A DNA stretch of 63,851 bases, filler included, from Octopus bimaculoides (GCF_001194135.2; 4 parts of 4 records of this genome joined end to end with filler, not necessarily neighbours in it), one strand, 5' to 3'; positions 41,321-54,638 are shown, counted from the whole stretch's first letter. Made by a program: numbers and translations. The notes: generated by a model from the letters alone, not told the origin.

Positions 41321-41456
41321 AATTATATATAATCTATTGATTATATATAATCTATATATAATCTATTGAATAATATATAATCTATTGACTATTTTTTTTT
41401 CTTCAAGCTAGACCACTGGTAGCAAAAATTTCTAAATAATTTTTTACTACCCTGAA

Positions 41457-41496
<40 letters not shown>

Positions 41497-41652
41497 CATT
41501 TCTAAATCTCTCGGGGTGATTTATGCAGTAGTGATAGCATAAAGTAGTTGTATGCTACCAACTTAATGTGACAGTCCTGTGAAGGGAATAATACTACTGC
41601 CATTTAGCCCTAGGAAGCTGTACCGCTTCCTGTCGGCCTTGACACATTTCTT

Positions 41653-41766
41653 GTGTCCTTATGTTTACAATGGGGAGACAAACACCTCCACCCAGCTAAC
41701 TCTGCACCCAGATGCAGGCTTAGCTGGGTGGAAGTGCTTATCTCCTCCTTGTAAACATAAGGACAC
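41653..41766. repeat. ~114-nt hairpin (~54-bp imperfect stem, 6-nt loop)
   Basis: gtgtccttatgtttacaa..ggagac..cacctccacccagctaactctgca-cccaga-tgcaggcttagctgggtggaagtg..tctcc..ttgtaaacataaggacac. Confidence 0.8.
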
Positions 41767-41785
41767 GGGGTATATATATAAATAG

Positions 41786-41882
<97 letters not shown>

Positions 41883-41994
41883 GAAAGGTAGAAGCCAGGC
41901 AACACTTGAGCTTGGAGCCTGTGGTCCCTATACAGCAAACCTTCCACTCTCCAAACCTAAGCTACTGTCACTGTGGCACTTTTTGTTTTGTTAG

Positions 41995-42031
41995 AAATGT
42001 GAAACAACATATCTAGAACGTTCAATTTCGG
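41995..42031 (+). CDS. Candidate exon 2 of chain (KCETTYLERSIS)
   Basis: Acceptor ctttttgttttgttag and donor CGG|GTAACT, phase 0 to 1. The downstream intron is only 53 nt. Confidence 0.4.
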
Positions 42032-42084
42032 GTAACTATTTACCTGTATCAGATTTATAAGGAATGAATTGCTTTTCTTGCTAG

Positions 42085-42141
42085 TCGTGCTCAACATTCG
42101 TCAGACGGTGCGCAGACCAGTTAACGACCTTAAAATATCAG
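42085..42141 (+). CDS. Candidate exon 3 of chain (VLNIRQTVRRPVNDLKIS)
   Basis: Acceptor gcttttcttgctag and donor CAG|GTAAAC, phase 1 to 1. Confidence 0.5.
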
Positions 42142-42800
42142 GTAAACCCGTAAATTTAACGTACATCAGATTTTTCACACTTTTAGAATACATTTTTCTC
42201 GAACAATATTTATAAGTTTGTACGATAGACTACTTCAAGTTGAGGTGTAGACATATAATTGTATGTAGATCAGTGCGTGAGTGCGTTTGTGCGTATGTGC
42301 GCGTATGTGCTTGTGGATATATGTAAACATACATACTTCTAAAATTTATAAACAAGATAAAGCATATGACAGGAATCACTGATAAACTGTATTTTAAATA
42401 TCACATAAGATTTCCTATCTTAAAAGTGATATTTTACTCTGCCGTTCTTTATTGAGTATTTACTTATCAGAAACTTAAGCAGTGTTTGTCTGGCTTCGTT
42501 TATTGATTGTAGTCTTGTCGTATAACTTCGCATATATATTTACAATTATATACGACATCGCTTCAGCTATATATAAGTCGCGGATATAGTTGAATATTTG
42601 TGAATACGGTAAAACTGGAACCGACGCCATGCTATAGACGACCTAGTGTAATTGTCATAGCATAGCATAGTTTCTGCCTAAGCTGCAAACGCTCATTTAT
42701 TCCATAGGCTGCTAACATTGTACCACACGCACAGTACGTCTGTCATTTGTGTTTTGATTTCAACTCACTTCGATCACACAGTTGTTTCTTTCACATTCAG

Positions 42801-42851
42801 AGTGGCGACAATTCATCCATTTTGCCTGTGGCATTTCAAAGAAACCTATTA
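42801..42851 (+). CDS. Candidate exon 4 of chain (WRQFIHFACGISKKPI)
   Basis: Acceptor gtttctttcacattcag and donor TTA|GTATGT, phase 1 to 1. Confidence 0.5.
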
Positions 42852-44231
42852 GTATGTTTTAGTTATATATTTTCTATGTTTTACTTAAGAATGTTTTACT
42901 TTCATTTCTCTTCATTGATAAATTTATTGGATTTAAATTGTTTCTATGCTTAAAATATATAATTTTTATTTCTTCTATTCTTCATTTATTGAATAATGTC
43001 TCCCAATTCACATGTGCCACATTTCCAGCAATGATGGTTGTTATTACCTGCAGGCACACCTTTGTTTCACTATTTTCTATGCATAAAAATGCCCGGAGGC
43101 TTCAAATTAAAGAGTAAAAAAGTAGTTCAGTTGTTGTTGTTGTTGTTGTTGTCGTTGTTTTTTCATTTCTAGCTGAATATGAAAAAATTAAACAAGTATC
43201 GAACAGAAAATGTCAACTGTCTTAACCAGCCAATAAAAATAATTTTGATGAAAAGAAAAATAATAATCAAAACTCGTCCTTAATACACAAAACCCAAAAG
43301 TGATTTTAACTACTTGAAAATTATTTAAGTACGTTAGAGTATTGTTCATTACTTTTGATTTCCAGGCTAAACTTTTCACTGTGTAACGGTTTTTTCTATA
43401 ACATTTTTTATCACACTCTCTGGAGCTATGATCCCAATAAGCCGATTATCTAGTGTGAATAGAGTTTAGTATCCACAATTTTTTTCTATCAACAACTGGT
43501 TATTGACATTTTCTATGATTATAACCCATGTCAACTAAAAACACGACTGAAACAGCTGCAACCTCGGTCCTACAATACCATCATATACCTACACATCACA
43601 GTAGCATTTGTTTGCATTTCTGTTATGACTGACTTTCGTGGTTGAGTAACGATTCCTGCAGAGCTATGATCGTTGTAAGACAATCCAGTTTGAATAAAGA
43701 ATTTGGGGTCTACTTATTTTATATCAAAAGCGGATGAATTTATACCTGATTGTAATAAGCGGCTTTTACTGTATCAAATACGCAAACGAGAGCAATATGT
43801 AAATTATATACGTGTGTGTGTGTGTGTTTCCGTGTGTAAATGGACGTCATTAAAGTGTTTAGACAAGAACAAAAGAAAAAGAATAAACAGACCAAATAGA
43901 AGACATTGAAGATATACGGATGGAACTTCAACCTTCTTTCTATGTACTGAGAATCTTCACAAAAGTGGAAATATTGGAGATTTCTAAAGTGGATAAAGGG
44001 ACTTCCAGACCTCGCAGTGCCATCTAACGAAGTGTGTATCATGAATATAAATCATCAATCCTCACCCTCATCACCTAAAACGTTTGGTGTGGCACCACTT
44101 AAGTTGCTGATGACCCGACCTTGATACCTAATGTATTGGTAACGTTACGAGTAGCAATCTCTAGCGGCATGACATACATACATACATACATACATACATA
44201 CATACATGCAAAAATACATACATACATATGT

Positions 44232-44801
44232 AACTAGAAAAGCACTCGGAGTGCGCAGACCTCCGCTAAGCAGCTCATTTCCACCCATATACACGCATGC
44301 TGAAAATCGCTCAATTTCCCAAACCAACGCCGGCAAACACATAACCTCCTTGTTGGGGGTAAAAAAAAATAACACAGTTATACATTTTTTGTAAAAAAAA
44401 AAAACCCTTCAAAAGCAGGAATCATCCCAATAGTCAAGGCTTGTCATGTCATCCTCCGCAGACCTCCGCCAAGCAGCTCATTTTAAGATAGATACGCGTG
44501 TAAAATTACTAATAGAGAAACGAAAATAAACATTAGAAACAGCAACGCCACCATAGGTTACGTGAAAACGATGAATACTTCATGTAAAGTAAATATAACA
44601 AATGAAAAATCCTTCAAGAGTCCATAAAAATTCCCGGATCACTACCAAAATTTCATCATCTGTTCCTTGTCTCATGACCAACTGTTCCTGCAAGTTTCAT
44701 CAAATAACGTTCACAACTTTTTGAGTTATTTTGTACACAAAGGGACAGACGGACAAACCAATCCGATGAAAACATAACCTCCTTCTTTGGCGGAGGTAAT
44801 T
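44232..44801 (+). mobile_element. Helentron/DINE-1-like non-autonomous element (HINE) with partial internal duplication
   Basis: 5' aactagaaaagcactcggagtgcgcagacctccgc. The subterminal motif cagacctccgc repeats at ~44458. A short gacagacggac repeat precedes the 3' stem-loop aacctcc..ggcggaggtaat. A similar terminal stem-loop occurs at 44340-44360. Confidence 0.6.
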
Positions 44802-45420
44802 ATTGAGGCATTAGGATATGAAACACACTAACTAAATACCAATCTTGTGAAATAAAGCTTCTGAAAACCAGAATGAAGAAAGCTTATCCGAAGACTACAG
44901 ATCCAAGCCATCACTTGAATGGTGAAAATCTATGAAAATTTCCAGAAGTTTATTACTTAGGTTTATAGGAGCACGTATAGATATGCAAGTATATCCATGA
45001 GAAAACATACATAACACAACACTTAGAAATCTTCTGCACGTATGCAAACATACATACATGCTTGCATGCATTCATATATACATACATACATACATACATA
45101 CATACATACATACATACATACATACATACATTTTTTTCATTTTCATTTTATCTAGTTTCAGCTCATGAGCTGTGGCCATGCTGGACACCACCATTAAAAA
45201 ATCGAATCATCCCATACATACATACATACATACATATGTATACATACATACATACATACATACATACATGCATGCATGCGTACATACGTACATACATACA
45301 TACATACATACACAAATACCCTGTTGTTGATGTTGAAATTCCAATGAAGGAGCCATGGATCTAGGTTAGAAACCGGTCCTTTCTATTGGCGAGAAATCTT
45401 GAAATAAACTGAATAATGAC
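44802..45420 (+). mobile_element. 3' end of the (TACA)n-associated R4-like LINE
   Basis: Homologous to 46715-47105 (IIEALGY..., agactacagatccaagccatc, ctgttgttgatgttgaaattccaatgaaggag, ctaggttagaaacc, aagaaatcttgaaataaactgaataatgac). Ends in (TACA)n and has a SINE scrap nested at ~45135-45210. Confidence 0.85.
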
Positions 45421-45433
45421 ATGCATACATACA

Positions 45434-45460
<27 letters not shown>

Positions 45461-45464
<4 letters not shown>

Positions 45465-47105
45465 GTCAGGATAAATGTTGCTATATGGTTGTGAAAAGAG
45501 GGAAAACTGTAAACCAGACTAGCAACATCTCCATGAATGACTTGACCGTTTCCCCTGTATCTGAGGAATGTCACAGTTATCTAGAGGTGGATGAAAACGT
45601 ATTTTACAATGACACTTGTAGCAAAACACGTGTCACTAAAGAATATTTTGACCTCCTCGGAACTCTCTGCATTCAGTAAAACAGTGACCCACAATGTGTT
45701 TTCAGTTCCACGCATACCAACATTTGAGCTGCTTGATTGGACACTTGATGAGATCCGAGCCATTGATGTGAAAATTCAGAATATACTAACCAGCACACAT
45801 AATTTCCACATCAGCAGTGATTTAGACCGACTCTACCCAAAACGAAAACAACGCGGCAGGGACTTAACATCGATCCAGACTGCCTTCGAATGTCGTATCA
45901 TATCCTTTTGTCAACATCTTTTAACCATCAAGCGTCGAAGTGCATCCCTTGACCATGTTTGCAGCTCCTTGCGCAGCACACCTTGTCTGATAACCCTAAG
46001 CACATGTCCAAAGACGTCGCACGACTCTAACACAATGTATCATCAGATGAAAGAATAAACGTATATGAGCAGAGACCGTGCATGGATATATTAGTTGTCA
46101 GCTCCGAGATTATAGTAACATTGATCATCAAAGCAGTCTATCACGGACCAACAATCGGATTACTACCTCCCACTTTGAAGAGTATGCGTTTGCAATTCAG
46201 GAACAGGAAATATCAAGCAAATACCTGATGCACAAAAGAGACAGAGATGCAGGAAAAGTAGCAAAATGTGACAACCGACACAGACTTTATGGAGTTAACA
46301 CCGAAGATATCACCCACATCATAAGCAGTTGTCTGAAAATGTTATCATGGTATTATCTACCAATGAGACTTGATGTTGTAGCTGGGACACTATATGACGA
46401 GATCTGTCGAAAGGATAAGATTGAGGGCAAAGAAATAAGAACCCACAGTATGGTGGAAGGCATAGCCACCCATAATAAAAAGGAGTATTGGTGCAATGCC
46501 CAGTGAAAACCTCAATAAAATGTAAACGCAATAGATATTATAATAAAATAGAATGGAGAAGAGAAACTGTGTACAGCTGTAGAAATCAGCCGCCCAGCAG
46601 ATGTTAACATAAAGCTAAAGATCAGCGAAAAAGAATGTACCTACGCTGAACTATTGCGGAATCTATAGCTACTCTATCTAGATTACAAGATCAGGTTTAT
46701 ACCTGTAGTTACTGGGGCACTGGGATATGTAACACACTGCCTAAATACCAATCTTGTACAATTAGGCTTCTCATAACCAGAAAGCAGAAAGCTGATTCAA
46801 AGACTACAAATCCAAGCCATTACTAGAACTGTAAAAACCTGTAAAACTTCCCAGAAGTTTATCATTTAAGTATATATGAGCATGTCTAGATATACAACTA
46901 TATACATGAGAAGACATACATGAAACAAAACATACAAAACTGCACGTATACATACATACATACATACATACATACATACATACATACATACAAACAAAAA
47001 TACTCTGTTGTTGATGTTGAAATTCCAATGAAGGAGGGTTGAATCTAGGTTAGAAACCAGCTTTTTCTATATTGGCAAGAAATCTTAAAATAAAACTGAA
47101 TTATT
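45461..47105 (+). mobile_element. 5'-truncated R4/Dong-like non-LTR retrotransposon (RT thumb, CCHC finger, RLE endonuclease, 3'UTR), degraded
   Basis: DKCCYMVVKRGK; WTLDEIRAIDVKIQNIL...SDLDRLYPKRKQRGRDL; KCDNRHRLYGVNTEDITHIISSCLKM...RLDVVA (decayed C-x2-C..H..C); VEISRPADVNIKLKISEKECTYAEL; FIPVVTGALGYVTH. Starts directly after (TACA)n. Confidence 0.92.
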
Positions 47106-47117
47106 ATATACATACAC

Positions 47118-47237
<120 letters not shown>

Positions 47238-47553
47238 GTGTGTGTGTGTGTGTGTTTGCGTGTGTTTGTGTTTGTGTGTGTGTGTATGTGTGTGTGTGTG
47301 TGTGTTACTGCAATCATCTCCGTGAATCTTTTCCATTTGTACCTCTTCGTTGCCAGCATTACTTTCTTCACACTCGACATTCACTGTTATCCACTTTTGC
47401 TTATCGTTCGTTGCACCATCATCATTCTCATTTATCAGCAGCATCGTTGTTTTAATTGCTACCGTTATCATTATTTTTTTATTTTCATCAAAATCAACAT
47501 CATTTTCATCGTTGCTATCATCATAACCATCACCACCAGCATCATCATCATCA

Positions 47554-47584
<31 letters not shown>

Positions 47585-48237
47585 TGTCATCCCCAGTACA
47601 ACCACCCCACCCCCCACCATCATGATCTTCTTTACCATCGTCATTGTGTATTCTATCTCGGACTCCACCACTCTTCCATCTCCGCCATCTTGTTTTCCTC
47701 TCTTTTCTCTTTACTTCCTGTCTCTAATGCTATTCAGTGACAATATCAACGTCAGGAACTCATTGTTCCATATTATGTCGCAGCTTTTCGCAACGTTTAC
47801 TCATTTTTCTCACGTTTTCTTGGAAAGATCTGAGAAGTTTGAGCCAACCTCTTCTTAATCACAGCCTTTCTCGCTATCACCTCATGAATATTCAACGCTG
47901 ATAACAGCTCAAAGCATTCTTCAATCACCTTGTCATTATCAAACAACTTCTATTCCTAACATTACATCTTCATCCATCATTTAGAATGACCTTCTATACA
48001 TTTACGAGCTGTAGCAGTAGGCCTAATGGAGGTAGTACCAGGCATGCAATCTATGATTTGAAGTTTCGTATCCACCTATTGACGCTTTATTGTCGCTTTT
48101 ATCGAGTATTTCTTTTATTTTGCAGTTCTATGTTTACGCCCTCTTATTGGTCTGACCAAGATGCTAAGAATCTGCTTAACTGTATATCTCGCACCAAACA
48201 CTAAAGAACTGTTATTCTTGTTGCTTATCTTTAATAG

Positions 48238-48323
48238 ATCAATGTTCAAAGGAGATCCATAGGAAACTAAAGATAGATCAGCTCAAACTTCCAACACTCA
48301 AATCATGTTTGCATTTCTATCAA
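48238..48323 (+). CDS. Candidate exon 5 of chain (QCSKEIHRKLKIDQLKLPTLKSCLHFYQ)
   Basis: Acceptor ttgcttatctttaatag and donor CAA|GTGAGT, phase 1 to 0. Confidence 0.5.
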
Positions 48324-49300
48324 GTGAGTTAGCTGTCTAATTTCAATAACTAAATTCTAATTTCACTTTCACTTTCAACACAGTTATTTAACTTAACAGA
48401 AATTTTATGCAGAAGCTTTGGATTATTTTCCATGAAAAACTTTTCCATCTATTACATTCTACGCTATGCGATCACCCTTGCTACAGTACTTCAAAATATT
48501 TAATATCAATAACATTCGCTTAAAGATTGTAAAGCAGATAGAATATCGATTTTCCAGAACATTTGGTTCCAGAACCTTTCGGTATTACATTATTTTTTCC
48601 GAAGCAAGGGTAGTCACTTTGGTCAACGTACTCTAAATTAAATAAGTATTAAATGAAATACAAGTAGCTGTACATTGGTATAAATGATACAGGTTTATTA
48701 ATAGTGTGCAAGGCACTGGTTTGTACAAGGTACGAGTAATTTAGTCTGATGGCTGCAGGAATCTGAAGTTCCTGATCGTGAAGTAGTGTGGATTATAAAG
48801 AGATCTAAGACCATTAGTGTCCGAAAAGTCGGGGAAGTATCTGAAAAATAGTCATATGTAGTCTGCACCTGGCTTCAAATATATTTCCCATAAATCTATT
48901 AGATAATATACAATTTGTTCAATATTACAGAATATCACAATAATAAAATCCACACAACCTCGAGCAAAACAAATCCGTATATTGGTGCGTGCGTGTGTTT
49001 TTGTGAATCTGTGTGTGAGTGCGTGCGTGTGCGTGTGTTGTGCGTGTGCATACATTAGGTACATACACATAAAGCTACTTAATACGATTTTAGTTCGTGA
49101 ACGCGAGATAGTTAGTTACTGAGAGTAAAACAACCATTCACCAAACAGTAGCCGCACTAAATTTTATGTGCGAATTAAGCAAATGGGAAAAGTGAACTTC
49201 GAATAAACCACGTAGCGACAATTTTGGATATTTACCATATGTTTCCTCGCGAAACACCAACGTATTTCTTGGAATATTTACCTCATCATTCGCACGCACA

Positions 49301-49375
<75 letters not shown>

Positions 49376-49654
49376 ACAAACACGCACAAACATCCGCAAT
49401 GTGTCAGATAAATGAACTTCAGAAATAAGCGTTAGTCGAGTTTGACTATATCAACTGATTAAATAATTAACAAAAGAACAAGAAATTACGTAATAAACGT
49501 CATTAAGTTACAAATGCATCTGCTGTAAAAGGCACTGCACTCACAGCTGAATGCTTGTGCATCACCCTATAGCTATGAGGGCAATGCATATTATAGCTGC
49601 AATGTAATGAAATTCATTAAATAATTTCTTGTTTCCTTGTTATTTATTTACTCT

Positions 49655-49856
49655 TTACTCTTTTACTTGTTTCAGTCATTTGACTGCGGCCATGCTGGAG
49701 CACCGCCTTTAGTCGAGCAAATCGACCCCAGGACTTATTCTTTGTAAACCTAGTATTTATTCTAGCGGTCTCTTTTGCCGAACCGCTTAGTTACGGGGAC
49801 GTATACACACCAGCATCGGTTGTCAAGCGATGTTGGGTGGACAAGCACAAACACAA

Positions 49857-49895
<39 letters not shown>

Positions 49896-50115
49896 NNNNN
49901 NNNNNNNNNNNNNNNNNNNNNNNNNNNNNNNNNNNNNNNNNNNNNNATATATATATATATATACGACAGGCTTCTTTAGGTTTTCGTCTACCAAATCCAC
50001 TCACAAGACTTTATTCGGCCTGAGGCTATAGTAGAAGACACTTGTCCAAGGTGCCACGCAGTGGGACTGAACCCAGAACCATGTGGTTAGTAAGCAAGCT
50101 ACTTACCACACAGCT
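49655..50115 (-). mobile_element. Near full-length tRNA-derived SINE, family 2 (internal microsatellite and gap)
   Basis: Reverse complement reads gctgtgtggtaagtagcttgct..ccacatggttctgggttcagtcccactgcgtggcaccttgg...(GT)n...ggtgctccagcatggccgcagtcaaatgactgaaacaagtaaaagag. Confidence 0.88.
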
Positions 50116-50121
50116 ACATAT

Positions 50122-50408
50122 AATATATATTACAGGAAAAAAGACAACAAAAACCAAAGCAAGACGAGTATCTCAAGCCATTTGCAATGATTTAATTAGG
50201 GTAAGGTGAATATAAAGTCTTACACCTACTGGGATATCTCTGATGACGGATTACCCAGTATACGGACATGTTAAACTATTACTTAGGATATCCCAGAAAC
50301 AGCTGCATGGTTTCAAATACACCTTACCCTAAATAAATTATTTTAAATCACTTAAGATTCCGTCCTATTTTGGTTTTTGTTGTCCTTTTCCCTTTGATAT
50401 AATATATA
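50122..50408. mobile_element. Degenerate fold-back MITE-like element
   Basis: gaaaaaagacaacaaaaaccaaa..ttagggtaaggtg..ctgggatatc is inverted against gatatcccag..caccttaccctaa..tttggtttttgttgtccttttcc. Confidence 0.7.
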
Positions 50409-50511
50409 CCCGCTGACACGGAAGCCTAATACTGATTCCTAGCTCCAGCCTCAGCTGCGAACTTGGAACCTAACGGATTCCTCAGCTCTGGGCTGAAACC
50501 AGTAAAAGATA

Positions 50512-50587
<76 letters not shown>

Positions 50588-50589
<2 letters not shown>

Positions 50590-50772
50590 TAACAATAATC
50601 CTAGGATGGAATTTATAAACATTAAAATGCATCGCTACGCGCGTTTCCACGAATCACATGGCTCGTAAGATCATTTAAATACGGTCTGTGATATTAAGAG
50701 TCGTGTGATTTGTGGAAACGCGTGTAGCGATGCATTAAATGTTTATAAATTCCATCCTAGGATTATTGTTAT
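50588..50772. mobile_element. Young fold-back MITE-like element (~72-bp arms)
   Basis: ataacaataatcctaggatggaatttataaacatt..atgcatcgctacgcgcgtttccac..aatcac is almost perfectly inverted at 50705-50772. Confidence 0.85.
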
Positions 50773-50789
50773 TACTATCATATTTATCC

Positions 50790-51440
50790 TACATTATATC
50801 GGTCCAACTTGATGAAACCACGGAAAGCTGGCTCACTAGGTAACGGTGGCCGACAAATGGAATAGCAGCTTTATTTGGTCTATTTTGAAGATGTAAAGGG
50901 GTGAAAAAGTGTATAAAATCGATTTTTTTCAGTTTTTCGCGGTTTTTTTGTTACACAGGGATGTCTTTGTACATAGAACAAATACTTGAGAGGACCATCA
51001 TTACATGGTGGTGTTTTAGCCGTAAAAACCAAGGAAATCGGACTGTCCAGTAAAAAAAAGTTTCCTACTGATTTTTTTCAAAGTTTTTCGCAATTTTCTT
51101 GAGAATCAGACGCCCCAAGGTAGTGCCAAAATATTTGTCTAATATGTCGCAATATGACGGTCCTTTTGACACCAAAATTATAAAAATTAGACGTTCCTGT
51201 AAAAACTTTTCTCGTGTGCAACTTTTGCCTTTTTTAGCAAAAAGTTGGCGGTCCTTCAGTTTTATCGGTCTGTCTCCTAGAAGTAGGTATCTCTAGGTAT
51301 CGGTAATGCAGCAGCGGTCTGGCTAGGTAAATTTGCCATTATATAAAACAAATTTCATCAAAATCTGATGTAAAATGCGGAAACGCATGAAAAGCATACA
51401 CATACACACACACACACACACACATTTTGAGATATAGATA
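50790..51440 (+). mobile_element. Probable Helitron/Helentron-type non-autonomous element
   Basis: 3' architecture aaatttcatcaaaatc..gcggaaacg..(CA)n..ttttgagatatagat resembles DINE-1-like ends. Non-coding T/A-run interior. Confidence 0.4.
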
Positions 51441-51588
51441 TAAATACATACAACAGTGAATTCACGATTAGGTAAACAACATAACTAATGCCTACAAAAT
51501 CGAAGACTCTGTAAGTTTCACTATAGATACGTTCATTACATGCTTAGAATTTAGTGTATGATTCAGAAAAGTGCTTTGTGTTGTTCAG

Positions 51589-51705
51589 GTTAGACAGGCA
51601 TACCATGTGCTTCTTTCCAGGCTCAATGTTTATACATTTAGTACACAAGGCGTGATTTCGTATCTTTTATATAGGAATTATAGCGAAACATTAAATACTG
51701 ACCTT
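51589..51705 (+). CDS. Candidate exon 6 of chain (VRQAYHVLLSRLNVYTFSTQGVISYLLYRNYSETLNTDL)
   Basis: Acceptor gctttgtgttgttcag and donor CTT|GTAAAT, phase 0 to 0. Alternatively a terminal exon reading on to the stop at ~51724. Confidence 0.4.
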
Positions 51706-51927
51706 GTAAATGTCATCAAAATATAAGAGCGTGCGTGTGTGACCATTAAACTGCGAGTGTATTATAAATATCACGATTGAGCTCATTTTGAAAGGCGTTT
51801 TATTCTGTGTGAATGTGTAAAATAGTGATAACGAACATTGTTACACTGTGTGAATACTTTGAAATTTCTGCAGTTATTTACGCATACGGGCACAGACTTT
51901 CACAAACACGCGTACAAACACGCACAC

Positions 51928-52004
<77 letters not shown>

Positions 52005-52009
52005 TAGAC

Positions 52010-52077
<68 letters not shown>

Positions 52078-52228
52078 TAAAAGAGAGATATGTACATACA
52101 TGCATACATACATACATACACACATAGACGGAGATATCAATGTAGATATTTACAATGTCTGTAATATGTGTGTGTGTGTGTGCGTGCGTGTGTACATATC
52201 TATATAATTAAGTTTCAGAATTGTTGTT

Positions 52229-52278
<50 letters not shown>

Positions 52279-52912
52279 TTATATATTTATATAAATATAC
52301 ACTCACATATACATAAATATATACATATCTATCTAAAGAATTCAACATGTTTACGTGTGTCTGTACGTGCATTGTCATATATATCAGTGAAAAACGTAAC
52401 ATCACACAAAAATATGTAGTTTACACCTTTTTTTTTCAATAGCAAACTCTTTCTCTTAATATCTAGCAATATGGTATCCATCTTTGCTTGACTCAATCAC
52501 TTTCTCTGTCACTCCTTAACTATCTCATTCTCTCTCTATCTCTCTTTATCTCTCTCTCTCTCTCTCTCTCTCTCTATGACATTCTCTCTCCTTGTCTTCC
52601 TCTATCCAATAAACATTTGCTTTCTTTATCTTTCTATTCCTCTCTCTTTCTTTATACACATTAATTATTTTCACAGATCTGTATGTCTTCCAGCGCCACC
52701 AAGTTGTCTTGTAACAACAATGATGTTTAATAACAGACATTGCCAAACATACCTTCAAGAAATATAACAGAGTATGAAAGGAAAAAAAAACTTCGCTTCC
52801 CTCGCTACCTCTCTCACACACACACACATACATACGTACACACACACACACACGTACACACACATTCGTACACACACTCGCGCATAAATACACACATACA
52901 TACATACATACA

Positions 52913-52948
<36 letters not shown>

Positions 52949-53572
52949 TGCGTATGTATGTATGAATCTGCATATGTGTGTGAGCGTGTGTGTGTGTGCG
53001 CTCAATGTGTGCGTGTGTGTATGTTTGTGTACGTATTTTCATAGTCACATATATTTATATATATATACACTCGTTTGTTAAGATATATATATATATGTAT
53101 TGTATGTACGCAGATATATAGCTAGCTAAACAATTATTTATAGATATACTATANNNNNNNNNNNNNNNNNNNNNNNNNNNNNNNNNNNNNNNNNNNNNNN
53201 NNNNNNNNNNNNNNNNNNNNNNNNNNNNNNNNNNNNNNNNNNNNNNNNNNNNNNNNNNNNNNNNNNNNNNNNNNNNNNNNNNNNNNNNNNNNNNNNNNNN
53301 NNNNNNNNNNNNNNNNNNNNNNNNNNNNNNNNNNNNNNNNNNNNNNNNNNNNNNNNNNNNNNNNNNNNNNNNNNNNNNNNNNNNNNNNNNNNNNNNNNNN
53401 NNNNNNNNATATACATATGTATGTGTGTGTCTGTATATATATGTATGTATGTATGTATATACATACATGCATACATACATACATACATACAAACAAACAC
53501 ATACATATATAAGTATGTGTATATATATATATATATATACAATTATGCAGCTGAATAATAATAATAATAATA

Positions 53573-53608
<36 letters not shown>

Positions 53609-54190
53609 AATAATCACAATAATAATAGACCAGAAAAAAGAATAAATATTTATATATTCTACGTTTACATTAAACACTTTCATTACGAAAGATAATACCT
53701 CAGTATCAAACAGTCTTGCTTTCGCTGCCATGTGATGACTTCCTTTAATACCAGAGAAAATTTTATAACATCGAGCACAATATTGCAATAAATCATATTT
53801 GACATGTTATATTGACTCCTAGGACGAACCTTGTACTACATTGTTTATTTTCACATAATCATGTCGTTTATTGAAGTTGTGTTTGTTGTGTTTTTGCAGT
53901 GTACATGTTAGATTTGCTTATAGAAAATTTTAAAGTCATGAATATATATACATTTATAAATCAGGAATATGCTTACAGATTCTGCATACTTACTTATAAC
54001 AGACACACGCACACACACACACACACACACACACTTAACCCCCAAACACACACACACATTTTTCAGTGGATCATATATCCGAAAAAGAAACCGTCTTCAA
54101 GACCAGTGCTTTATGGATGCTAAACCATTGGTCACTCTATGACAGGACATATATTTGACAGCTTGTAAATATATATATATATATATATAT

Positions 54191-54246
<56 letters not shown>

Positions 54247-54251
54247 GTAGA

Positions 54252-54475
54252 TAGGCGTGGCTATGTGGTAAAAAGCTTGGTTCTGGGTTCAGTACCACTT
54301 CATGGCACAGAAATTGAAAGAAGCTTGTCGTATCTGTGTGTATGAGTGTGTGTGTGTGTGTGTGTGTGTTTGTATCTGTATTTGCCCCCCATCACCGCTT
54401 CACGTAGTGTGTTCGTGTGTTTGTTATGTAGCGGTGCTCCAGCATGGCGGTACTCCAGCAAATAAAAGAATGAAA
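54252..54475 (+). mobile_element. Internally deleted SINE, family 2
   Basis: aggcgtggctatgtggtaa..gggttcagtaccact.. and ggtgctccagcatgg. Confidence 0.7.
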
Positions 54476-54588
54476 GAACGTGTAAGTATGTATATATATG
54501 AATGTATGCATATATATATATATACATACACGGACGCACACGAACACACACACAGACACACACACACATATTCATAGATATATATATT

Positions 54589-54638
<50 letters not shown>

